Below, piece after piece: positions 39,796-48,480 of a DNA stretch of 64,000 nucleotides; position 1 is the first letter of the stretch; the number at the start of each line of letters is the position of its first letter. A program made the position numbers and the translations under genes. Source of the DNA: Leptolyngbyaceae cyanobacterium (GTDB taxonomy: Bacteria; Cyanobacteriota; Cyanobacteriia; Phormidesmidales; Phormidesmidaceae); contig CBDHHL010000056.1 of NCBI GenBank assembly GCA_965263355.1, positions 416,001-480,000 of the forward strand. Direction: 5' to 3'. The notes under the pieces are model-generated. The model was not told the origin of the DNA, made no database searches, and was given only the letters and a program-made list of their open reading frames with translations.

Positions 39796-42633
39796 ATGAC
39801 TGTGAGCGCATCACCAAAATCCGCTAATTGGCCCAAGCTGGCCCTCATGCTGATAGTGATGTGCGCCCGACCCGGCCTTGCACAAACTGCGCCCACGATA
39901 TCCCTAAATAGCGCGCCCACCGTAAATCAGCCTTCTCGGAACGCTACTGATTGGAGTGTGACGTTGCTGATCGTCTTGATTACTGTGCTTATTTTGCTTC
40001 TGGGCATGGGGCTGGTTATGCTCTGGGTGATGAAGCGGGCTGTGGAAACTGAAGTTACTAAGAAAGTTACTGATAATGTCCTTGGTCAACTGAGGGAAAT
40101 AGAAAATCTGGAGCATAAAATCGAGGCTGCCACCCGCAGGATTGACGGTATTTTGGGGGAAGCAGATGATCGAGCGAACGAACTGGTTGAACGCTCCAGT
40201 AGTTTTCAGCGGGATTTGACTACACAGCGCAATAGTTTAACTAAGCTCTTAGCCGATGTTACTGATTTAAAAGCTAAAACCGTTAGAGACCTGCAAACTG
40301 AGCTAGATACTGCCCGCCAGTCCTTAGGCACTGGTCAAAATGAATTTATTCAAGAGCTAGACTCCCTTAAGCAAACCGTCATCCAACAGCTACAAACTCT
40401 GCAAGCCGATACCCGCCGTCAGCAGCAATCTGTCTTTCAGGGGTTAGACAGTGCCCAAGCCACACTGGATAACCATCTGGCTAGCCTTAAAGCTACGGCT
40501 GACCATCGCCAGGGCATTTTTCTCGATGAGTTAGAACGCAAAGAATCGATCTTTTCTGATGAAATTGGAACGCTGCAGACCGATACCATCGAACAGCGCG
40601 ATCGCTGGTTAGAAAAGCTGGCAGAACTGGAAAAAAACATTGGTCCCCAGCTAGAAGATCTGCGTAAATCGATGAAAACCCAGCTGGAACAGCAGCGGGA
40701 TAGCATCATCACAGAAATGCGACAGGATAAAGGGAAATTTGCTGAGGAAATGCAGCAGAGCCGTGGAGAATTTACCCAACAGCTTAACGAGATGCAGGCT
40801 AATGCCCTGGGGCATAAAGAATTGGCCCTGCAAACCATTGAGCGCTCTGTGGATGATCTGCAACAGACTTTTCAACTGTTGCGTAACGATATTGAAGGGC
40901 GTAAAGCTGACCTGATGCAGCAATTGCGCCAGTCAACCGACGATTTTTTGACCCAATTTGCCACCCTCAAAGTCGATGTAGAAGGTCGTAAGGGGGTGTT
41001 GTTAGGGGACATGGACCAGGTTGCCACCAACTTTAAGAATCAGCTTGATCGATTGCAGGGTGATTTGAGTCTAGAGCGGGACGAGTCTTTTCAGGCGTTG
41101 CAGCACATAGCCAATAGTTTTTCCAATCAGCTAAATCAATTACAAAGTGAAACTGGAGACCAGCAAACTCGTACCCTACAAACTATTGAAACCGCTGCCC
41201 GTGACTTTGACCGTCAGCTCACTGAGCTACAGTCAGGCATCACCCAGCAGCAGCAACAGTCTCTGCAAAGCCTGCAGCGCTTAGAGAGCGAGTTTACTCA
41301 ACAGCTAGGGGAAGTTCGCAATGTGGTCTTTGGCCGTCGCGACATTGTTATCGACAAGCTAGACAAGTTTGACGCCAATCTGGGAGAACAGATCACTGAA
41401 CTGTCCGAGGCCGCCCGTGGTCGTCAGCAGGAAGCTCAGCAACGCTTAGTGGTGATTGCCGAGCGATTTTCCACCACTCTAGATGACCTCAAGGCCAGGT
41501 TTGAAGGCGAACAATCTGCCACCACTGCTGATCTAGAGACCCTTAAACAAAGCTTTGCTGAACAATTAGACACCTTACAAACCGAGGCCAAAGGCCAAAA
41601 AGACCAGATCATGCGTCAGCTAGGGGAAGTGACTCCTGACTATGTAGCTGATTCATTTATGGATACAGCCCAGACTCAGCTCCAGAGCTTGACCGACCGG
41701 CTATCACGGCTGCAGGCCAACCGACCCGAGCTATTTGAAACCATTGACGAACTGGTAGCCGAGGCCGAGGCCCAGATGGAGGCAAACAGCTTAGAAGACG
41801 CTATCATTACCTACGATCGAGCCCTGGCAATTCAACCTAGTAATGCAGAGCTGTGGTTAGCTCGCAGCAAGCCCCTCAGTCAGCTCAAGCGTCGGGATGA
41901 AGCCCTAGCAGCATTGCAAAAGGTGATTGACCTGGAACCCCAGCGCAAAGAAGCCTGGTATCAACGCGGTTTAGTTTTACGGGAACTGCGTCGCTATGAT
42001 GATGCCCTCAGCACCTTTGAACGGGTCATTGAGTTAGACGATAGTGACCCCAGGGCCTGGTTAAACAAAGGTATGGCACTTAGCCGTCTGAAACAGCGAG
42101 AAAAAGCAATTATTTCGTTTGATAAGGCCATTGCCCTTAACCCCACTTACCATGAAGCCTGGGTCAATCGCGGCGTAGCCTACGGTATTTTGCAACAGCC
42201 CGAGGAAGCGTTTAAGTCCTTTGATAAGGCGGTGAAGATTCAGGAAAATGATGGGGTGGCCTGGCTAAATCGGGGTCTAGCACTGCTAGATTTAGAACGC
42301 TTTGAGGATGCGGTCCCCTCATTCGAACAGGCAACGCGGTTTAAGCCAGACTTAGTAAAGGCCTGGGATAATCGGGGTTTAGCCCTAGTGAAGTTAGGCC
42401 GAGATCGGGATGCACTTAAGAGTTTTGAAAAAGCGCTAGAACTGAATCCAGGCTACGCAAAGACTTACTACAATCGGGCTGTTTGTTATGCGCTACAGCG
42501 GGAAACAGATAAATCCTTAGAGAACTTGCAGAAAGCGGTGCAGATCGATCCGCGTTACAAAGAAGAAGCTCAAGCAGATGAGAGTTTCGAAGATATTTGG
42601 CAGGACAGTTGGTTTAAGGAATTGGTGGCGTAG
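39796..42633 (+). CDS. Membrane-anchored long coiled-coil protein with C-terminal TPR array
   Basis: Signal-like N-terminus, TM helix, ~550 aa of Q/L/E-rich helical repeats, about 8 TPRs (AWxNRG..., YYNRAVCYAL). Confidence 0.85.
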   Translation: MTVSASPKSANWPKLALMLIVMCARPGLAQTAPTISLNSAPTVNQPSRNATDWSVTLLIVLITVLILLLGMGLVMLWVMKRAVETEVTKKVTDNVLGQLREIENLEHKIEAATRRIDGILGEADDRANELVERSSSFQRDLTTQRNSLTKLLADVTDLKAKTVRDLQTELDTARQSLGTGQNEFIQELDSLKQTVIQQLQTLQADTRRQQQSVFQGLDSAQATLDNHLASLKATADHRQGIFLDELERKESIFSDEIGTLQTDTIEQRDRWLEKLAELEKNIGPQLEDLRKSMKTQLEQQRDSIITEMRQDKGKFAEEMQQSRGEFTQQLNEMQANALGHKELALQTIERSVDDLQQTFQLLRNDIEGRKADLMQQLRQSTDDFLTQFATLKVDVEGRKGVLLGDMDQVATNFKNQLDRLQGDLSLERDESFQALQHIANSFSNQLNQLQSETGDQQTRTLQTIETAARDFDRQLTELQSGITQQQQQSLQSLQRLESEFTQQLGEVRNVVFGRRDIVIDKLDKFDANLGEQITELSEAARGRQQEAQQRLVVIAERFSTTLDDLKARFEGEQSATTADLETLKQSFAEQLDTLQTEAKGQKDQIMRQLGEVTPDYVADSFMDTAQTQLQSLTDRLSRLQANRPELFETIDELVAEAEAQMEANSLEDAIITYDRALAIQPSNAELWLARSKPLSQLKRRDEALAALQKVIDLEPQRKEAWYQRGLVLRELRRYDDALSTFERVIELDDSDPRAWLNKGMALSRLKQREKAIISFDKAIALNPTYHEAWVNRGVAYGILQQPEEAFKSFDKAVKIQENDGVAWLNRGLALLDLERFEDAVPSFEQATRFKPDLVKAWDNRGLALVKLGRDRDALKSFEKALELNPGYAKTYYNRAVCYALQRETDKSLENLQKAVQIDPRYKEEAQADESFEDIWQDSWFKELVA

Positions 42634-42718
42634 GTGTCCCTCACACGCGTAAACAAATTGAGGAACTGGGTACGCTGTCATCAAGTCTTAATGTTCTAAC
42701 GAACCGCACCCTAATCCC

Positions 42719-43114
42719 ATGGCTAACCGCTTAAATATCCGAGATACCAACACCTTGGGCGATGATGGTCCCGTTTTGGTATTAGACTTTTTAACCGAAC
42801 AAATTACGGTGCGGGAGCTAATCCGCAGTCGCGTTTATCAGGAAGTCAAAGACTTTAATACACAGCAACCAGAATTCTTCAAAGGTCTGGTACAACCCAC
42901 TGAAACGGAACAAACCTTAAATGGTTACAAACTGCGCAAACCACGCAAAATCAACTGGGAAGAGCAGTTTGAAAAAGCACTCACAGCCTTTCAAAGCAAT
43001 GGCTTTATCATTTTGGTAGATGACGAACAGGTCACAGAACTGGATCAGGAGATTACCATTGTCCCCAATACATCAGTTTCCTTTATGAAACTGGTACCCC
43101 TGGTGGGAGGTTAA
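42719..43114 (+). CDS. Putative beta-grasp (ubiquitin/MoaD/ThiS-like) protein ending in Gly-Gly
   Basis: ITVRELI helix start, FIILVDDEQV, LDQEITI, terminal strand VSFMKLVPLVGG-stop. The fold is inferred from this pattern. Confidence 0.7.
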   Translation: MANRLNIRDTNTLGDDGPVLVLDFLTEQITVRELIRSRVYQEVKDFNTQQPEFFKGLVQPTETEQTLNGYKLRKPRKINWEEQFEKALTAFQSNGFIILVDDEQVTELDQEITIVPNTSVSFMKLVPLVGG

Positions 43115-43116
43115 CC

Positions 43117-45615
43117 ATGGCCTACGACGATCTGATTCAAGCCATTCTCCAAGAATATAAGGAAAATGACAATCATTACTCCTATAACTTCAGGGAGTCT
43201 GGAACTTGGGTAGAGATTACTAAGTTGAGTCGAACAGAGCAGGTTAAGTTAGCTATTGCCATGGTGCAAGCTTATCGGCACTTTATGGAACGCTGTATTC
43301 AAGCTGATGAGAGGGGGATGTATCGCAGTGCCAGCAACATTTTGAACGTTTTGCGGCTAATTTTGAATCGTAAATTGCCCTTTGCCGTAGAGCATGTGAT
43401 TGAATTTTTAGAAGCCTGTCGATATGAGCGATCGCAAAGCTGGACTTGGCCCCCTCTGATCAAAAAGTTGGTACGCGATTATCTCAAAGACCATGAACTA
43501 ACCCCTGAATTACAAACAGCGATCGAAACAACTAGCGACAATTGGGAGCAAGGTTACGGTGACATTCGCAAAGCTGCCAGCCAACTGCGGATGTTTATTG
43601 CGACTGAAACCAAGACCCTGGTAATTCTCCCAGGAGAAGCCTGGTCTGATGTAGCAAAACAAACCATTGAATCATTGCCTGAGGCAGAAAAATCTGCCTG
43701 GATCCAGCTAATTGAAGCCTGTTCCACAGTTTCGGGGGGCAAGCCTACCGCTAAATGGCTCAAGCTTACGAATCCCCTGCGAAAGGCCATTGATGTAGAC
43801 CAATTCCAGCAACAGCTACTGTCGTGGTTTGCACTGATGGACCAACCCTGTACGCAGTCCTTGCCCCGCAGTGATGACAATATCATTCAAGACCAAAATG
43901 CTGACATTCTCAAAGGGTTAGTATGGCTTTGTGCTGACCAAACAGATGTGGAGCTGACCCGTGCGCTAGGGAGACTAGCGGTCTCAGCCTATCGCAAGAT
44001 TCCAGGTATTGGTCCCCGTTGTGTGAAACTGGGCAATGCTTGCGTTTGGACCTTGGGCCAAATGCCCACGACAGATGCCATCGGTCAGCTGGCATTACTA
44101 AAGGTGAAGGTAAAATTTGGGACTGCCCAAAAGGGAATTGAAAAGTCACTGACAGCAGCGGCTGAGCGGGAAGGGTTACCGCGAGAAGAAATTGAAGAAT
44201 TGGCCGTGCCCACCTATGGGTTGAGTAAGGTGGGTATGCGGCGTGAATCTCTGGGAGAGTTTACGGCTGAGCTGGTGGTAACTGGCACCAGTAGTACACT
44301 ATTGCGATGGATTAAACCTGATGGCAAAGTACAAAAGTCGATACCTAAGACAGTTAAGGATAACTATGGTGACGATCTAAAGGAACTGAAACAGGCGGCA
44401 AAAGATATTCAAAAAATGCTGCCTGCCCAGAGAGATCGGATGGAAGCATTTTATCTACAACAAAAGACGTGGGATTTTTTAACTTGGCAGGAGCGGTATG
44501 TCAATCATCCATTGGTCGGTACTTTGGCCAGACGAATTCTCTGGCAATTTGAGGATAAAGAGAACCACACCGTTGGCATTTGGTTTGAGGGAAATTTGGT
44601 CAATCAAGAAGGGCAAACTATTGACTGGCTAACGGATGAGACTCGGGTGAGTCTGTGGCATCCGATCACGGCGATAACTGAGACCATTCAGACCTGGCGG
44701 GAGTGGTTGGTTACCCATGAGATTCAGCAGCCATTTAAGCAGGCTCATCGAGAAATTTATTTGCTCACTGCCGCTGAAGAGAATACCCGTGTGTATTCCA
44801 ATCGGTTTGCCGCGCACATTATCAAACAGCATCAGTTTAATGCGCTATGTGGGCAACGGGGCTGGAAGAATCAATTGAGACTGATGGTGGATGATTCTTA
44901 CGAACCGGCGCGGTTGCTGTTGCCCAAGTGGGATTTGCGGGCAGAGTTTTGGATTGAGGGAATTGGGGATGGCTATGGTACGGATACTACAGAGGCAGGT
45001 AGTTATCTTTATTTAGCAACGGATCAGGTGCGGTTTTATTCTATCGATGCGGCGAGTAATTATGCCCATGCGGGCGGGGGAGGCTATGACTACTACGGTG
45101 GTATAACAGCAGAGCCGATTCCATTAGAGCAAATTCCTGCACTGGTTTTAACCGAAGTGTTGCGGGATGTGGATTTGTTTGTGGGGGTGGCCAGTGTGGG
45201 GAATGACCCGAACTGGACCGATGGGGGCGCTGAGGGACGGCGACAGTATTATGACTACTGGCATGATTATTCGTTTGGGGAGCTGTCTGCAACGGCGCAG
45301 ACACGCAGACAGGTGTTAGAAAATTTGGTGCCAAAGTTAAAGAAGATTACCAGCCGCTGTTCGTTTCAGGAGCGATTTTTGGTGGTACGGGGGGATATCC
45401 GCACCTATAAAATTCACTTGGGTAGCGGGAATATTTTGATGGAGCCAAATGATCAGTATTTATGTATTGTGCGGGCAGGGAAGAGTGCGGCGGATAAGGT
45501 ATTTTTGCCATTTGAGGGGGATAAGACCCTGGCATTAATTTTGAGCAAAGCCTTTTTGTTAGCAGACGACACAAAAATCACAGACGAGACGATTTTAAGC
45601 CAGATTCACGCGTAG
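43117..45615 (+). CDS. DUF4132-domain protein (832 aa)
   Basis: EIEELAVPTYGL, HPLVGTLARRILW, LWHPI, W...QPFKQAHREIY, SNRFAAH, RGW, EVLRDVDLFVGV, GDIRTYKIHLGSGNILM. Starts 2 nt after the upstream stop. Confidence 0.8.
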   Translation: MAYDDLIQAILQEYKENDNHYSYNFRESGTWVEITKLSRTEQVKLAIAMVQAYRHFMERCIQADERGMYRSASNILNVLRLILNRKLPFAVEHVIEFLEACRYERSQSWTWPPLIKKLVRDYLKDHELTPELQTAIETTSDNWEQGYGDIRKAASQLRMFIATETKTLVILPGEAWSDVAKQTIESLPEAEKSAWIQLIEACSTVSGGKPTAKWLKLTNPLRKAIDVDQFQQQLLSWFALMDQPCTQSLPRSDDNIIQDQNADILKGLVWLCADQTDVELTRALGRLAVSAYRKIPGIGPRCVKLGNACVWTLGQMPTTDAIGQLALLKVKVKFGTAQKGIEKSLTAAAEREGLPREEIEELAVPTYGLSKVGMRRESLGEFTAELVVTGTSSTLLRWIKPDGKVQKSIPKTVKDNYGDDLKELKQAAKDIQKMLPAQRDRMEAFYLQQKTWDFLTWQERYVNHPLVGTLARRILWQFEDKENHTVGIWFEGNLVNQEGQTIDWLTDETRVSLWHPITAITETIQTWREWLVTHEIQQPFKQAHREIYLLTAAEENTRVYSNRFAAHIIKQHQFNALCGQRGWKNQLRLMVDDSYEPARLLLPKWDLRAEFWIEGIGDGYGTDTTEAGSYLYLATDQVRFYSIDAASNYAHAGGGGYDYYGGITAEPIPLEQIPALVLTEVLRDVDLFVGVASVGNDPNWTDGGAEGRRQYYDYWHDYSFGELSATAQTRRQVLENLVPKLKKITSRCSFQERFLVVRGDIRTYKIHLGSGNILMEPNDQYLCIVRAGKSAADKVFLPFEGDKTLALILSKAFLLADDTKITDETILSQIHA

Positions 45616-45935
45616 GTTGGGTTTGAATCTCCTCAACCGACATATTTTGCGATTTTACGATCTCTCAAACCCAACAATCGACACCCATCGCCCCATCGCC
45701 CGAACCCAAAATTGACATTCATCACCATGTTGCCGAAAAGAAACGGTGGGTAAATATAGAGATCGGTCAATGGTATAGATATTGGCAAGGATTTACCCAC
45801 CCTACGAGGGACATTCTCTCGAACCCAACACATGTTGCCGAAAAGAAACGGTGGGTAAATATAGAGATCGGTCAATGGTATAGATATTGGCAAGGATTTA
45901 CCCACCCTACGAGGGACATTCTCTCGAACCCAACA
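45610..45935. repeat. REP mosaic containing an exact 105-bp tandem duplication (45726-45830 / 45831-45935)
   Basis: GTAGGTTGGGTTTGA...TCAAACCCAAC element, then two identical units each with the inverted pair GGTGGGTAAAT / ATTTACCCACC-CTAC. Confidence 0.85.
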
Positions 45936-47144
45936 ATCGATGGCACAACTATTCCCTGCCCACACTGCTGCTAACTCCAGCATCCACTCCGCCGACCAAA
46001 ACCGTACTGTCCCATCTGCACTGCTACTCATTAAAGCATTTCCGTCATGATCAAACGCTAAATCCCAAACAGCCATCTTGTGCCCCTTTAAAGTTTGCAC
46101 TAACTGATGAGTCTTCACATCCCATAGCTTCACTGTGTGATCATAGCTACCACTCGCTATTGTACGTCCATCCGGACTAAATGCGACCGAGTACACGGCC
46201 CGGTCATGGCCCATAAACATACAGGTGGGCTTAAAATTCTGTAGATCCCAGGAAATAACCATCTTATCCTGACTGCCGCTGATAAACATGGTGCCATCCG
46301 GGCTAAATGCTAAATCCCACACCGTTCTTTTATGGCCATGGAGTGTGATTAGCTTTCTCTCACTCTGAAGATCCCACACATGGATCATACCGCGCCGATC
46401 ACCCCCGACCACCGTCTTACCGTCCGGGCTAATGGCTACCGATGTAATCCCATAGGGATGCGCAAACCGATGTAACAACTCTCCAGACAGCACATCCCAA
46501 ACGATGATAGTCTTGTCAAAGCTACCGCTGACCAACAGGTTGCCATCTTCACTAATGATCAGGGATTTCACATCATCGGTATGGCCCGCCAAGTCATGAA
46601 ACAGTTGTTTTGTCATTAAGTTCCATATGCGGATGTGATTATCCCAACTACCGCTCGCCAGTAACTTACCGCTGGGGGCCAGGGCAACATCTTCAACCGC
46701 ATCAGTATGGGCCTGATGGGATTGCAATAACTCTCCAGAGACTGAATTCCAAACGGACACTGTGCCATCGAAGTGTCCTGTGACAAACATCTGACTTTTG
46801 GAATGCGCTGCGCTGGCATAGGTTACGGCATCGATGGCAAACGCCTGTCTTGATCCAAACCGATTATCAAAACTAAAGGATGCCTGGGCATCAGCCACCC
46901 CCTCAGCAACATTGAGCGTACCCATACGGGTAGCTATGGGTGGAGCAACCATGTCTACTGCGATCGCAACACAAGCTGCGGCTAAACTGATCACCCCAAA
47001 CGTTTCAACAATAGAAGACTTCTTTTTGCGAGTTTTTTTAACGTTAGATATTTGACGCTGATTAAATTGAGTTTTTCTACCGTCAAATGTTGAATGAAAT
47101 AAGCTCCTTTGCTGAGAATTGGTAGATTTTGGTGTGACGATCAT
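45633..47144 (-). CDS. WD40 beta-propeller protein with TM anchor; C-terminal tail reads through REP DNA (track start 47204)
   Basis: About seven GH...WD repeats (AHTDAVEDV, GHTDDVKSL, GHKRTVWDL, GHDRAVYSV, GHKMAVWDL). Confidence 0.82.
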   Translation of the reverse strand: MIVTPKSTNSQQRSLFHSTFDGRKTQFNQRQISNVKKTRKKKSSIVETFGVISLAAACVAIAVDMVAPPIATRMGTLNVAEGVADAQASFSFDNRFGSRQAFAIDAVTYASAAHSKSQMFVTGHFDGTVSVWNSVSGELLQSHQAHTDAVEDVALAPSGKLLASGSWDNHIRIWNLMTKQLFHDLAGHTDDVKSLIISEDGNLLVSGSFDKTIIVWDVLSGELLHRFAHPYGITSVAISPDGKTVVGGDRRGMIHVWDLQSERKLITLHGHKRTVWDLAFSPDGTMFISGSQDKMVISWDLQNFKPTCMFMGHDRAVYSVAFSPDGRTIASGSYDHTVKLWDVKTHQLVQTLKGHKMAVWDLAFDHDGNALMSSSADGTVRFWSAEWMLELAAVWAGNSCAIDCWVRENVPRRVGKSLPISIPLTDLYIYPPFLFGNMCWVRENVPRRVGKSLPISIPLTDLYIYPPFLFGNMVMNVNFGFGRWGDGCRLLGLRDRKIAKYVG

Positions 47145-47269
47145 GGTTTCAACTATTGCACTACAGCAAACTCCAACGAAAGCCCTGCCCAGCAAACTAG
47201 ACACGGCAATTCTCAGTGATGGATACCATCAATTGACGAGGTCATCCAAAAGTGTTCAAAAAGCAAAAC

Positions 47270-47809
47270 CTAATTAGAGCGAGCGTTGACTTTAACCAGC
47301 TCTTGCTGAAACTCTGCCCCTTTGCGAATCAAAAACAAAACTGTAATACCAATAATGCCAATGGCAGCAACAGGCGTAACCATTGTCCACTGACCTGCCA
47401 TTTTATTAATGACATGCCAAGTTAATAGAAACATAGCTGCATAGGTCAATCTATGGAGGCGTTTCCAATTTTTCTTGAGTCGCTTTATACTCCAGTCATT
47501 TGAAGTGACTGTTAGGAGCGTAAAAATGATCAGCGTTGACAAACCCTCAGCACTGGCTTGATAGGTATTAAAATCAAAAAAGTCAAAATTGCGCTTGCGA
47601 ATTACAAAATAGGTATGACCAACTGCTAGCACAAATGCCAAAATGCCAATAGCTCGTCGCTGTTTTAGTAGCCAGCGTACGGCCTTGTGGGATTTGAACG
47701 CAGGGAAGATAACACGAACGATTGTAGGTATCAAAGTGGCGATATAGGCAGCCAATGCCAAAAACCCCAAGTGGTTTCCAAGAGGCACAGACTCAAACGA
47801 TAGACGCAT
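47270..47809 (-). CDS. Ferric-reductase-like transmembrane heme protein (MsrQ/YedZ-like)
   Basis: RRAIGILAF...GH, LTVTSND, WKRLHRLTY...WH. Confidence 0.83.
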   Translation of the reverse strand: MRLSFESVPLGNHLGFLALAAYIATLIPTIVRVIFPAFKSHKAVRWLLKQRRAIGILAFVLAVGHTYFVIRKRNFDFFDFNTYQASAEGLSTLIIFTLLTVTSNDWSIKRLKKNWKRLHRLTYAAMFLLTWHVINKMAGQWTMVTPVAAIGIIGITVLFLIRKGAEFQQELVKVNARSN

Positions 47810-48395
47810 TTCAGGAAAAGCACTAATCGAGCAACGATTGATTAAAAAACTAACGTAAAGGCCGGGAAATCATGCAGTCTCAAAGGCAACTGCTCATGAA
47901 AAGTTAAGATACACCCTTTATCCCCGTTAGTAAGACACGGTTACATATAAAGTCCCCGATACGTTATCCCTTGAACAGGGGAACCGCCCAATGGTCTTAC
48001 TGACGTTTACATGTTAGAACAAAGTAAATTCACTTACTTATACGATCCGGATACTTTATGGAAAGTTCTTCGTTTGTCGATGAGTCGCTAAAGATTCAGT
48101 AGCTACCTAAAACAGCTGCTTGACTTTTCAAATTTTCGATATTAAAAATTCTGTCCATAACCTAGCCTGCATTATTCATGGCTCTACGCTAAAAACGCCT
48201 GAATCTTTTACCTTGCAAGCGATTTAGCGATTTCATGTTTTCGACAGTGTGTTTTTATACATGAAAGCTGAAACAGACTACTTATAAGGGTTAGGTCTTT
48301 CGCTAAAATCCTGGTGAATTATCCAGGCTAGGTAGCAGCAATGGCATTCTATTCATAGAAAAACACCCTAGGGCTACATTTTTAGTAACACAAAT

Positions 48396-48431
48396 TTCCC
48401 CCTATATTTGCATCATCAAATACAGGGGGAA
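48396..48431 (-). terminator. Hairpin terminator candidate after the kinase/regulator pair
   Basis: Minus strand TTCCCCCTGTATTTG-ATGATG-CAAATATAGGGGGAA, then ATTTGTGTT. Confidence 0.5.
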
Positions 48432-48480
48432 GTATAAACAAAGCGTTTAATCAAGATTCGTAATGTGATGTCACTTCAAC

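Noticed and set aside
45726..45935. Possible CRISPR mini-array
   Set aside because: Two identical abutting 105-bp units with no unique spacers and no cas genes; better explained as a REP duplication.
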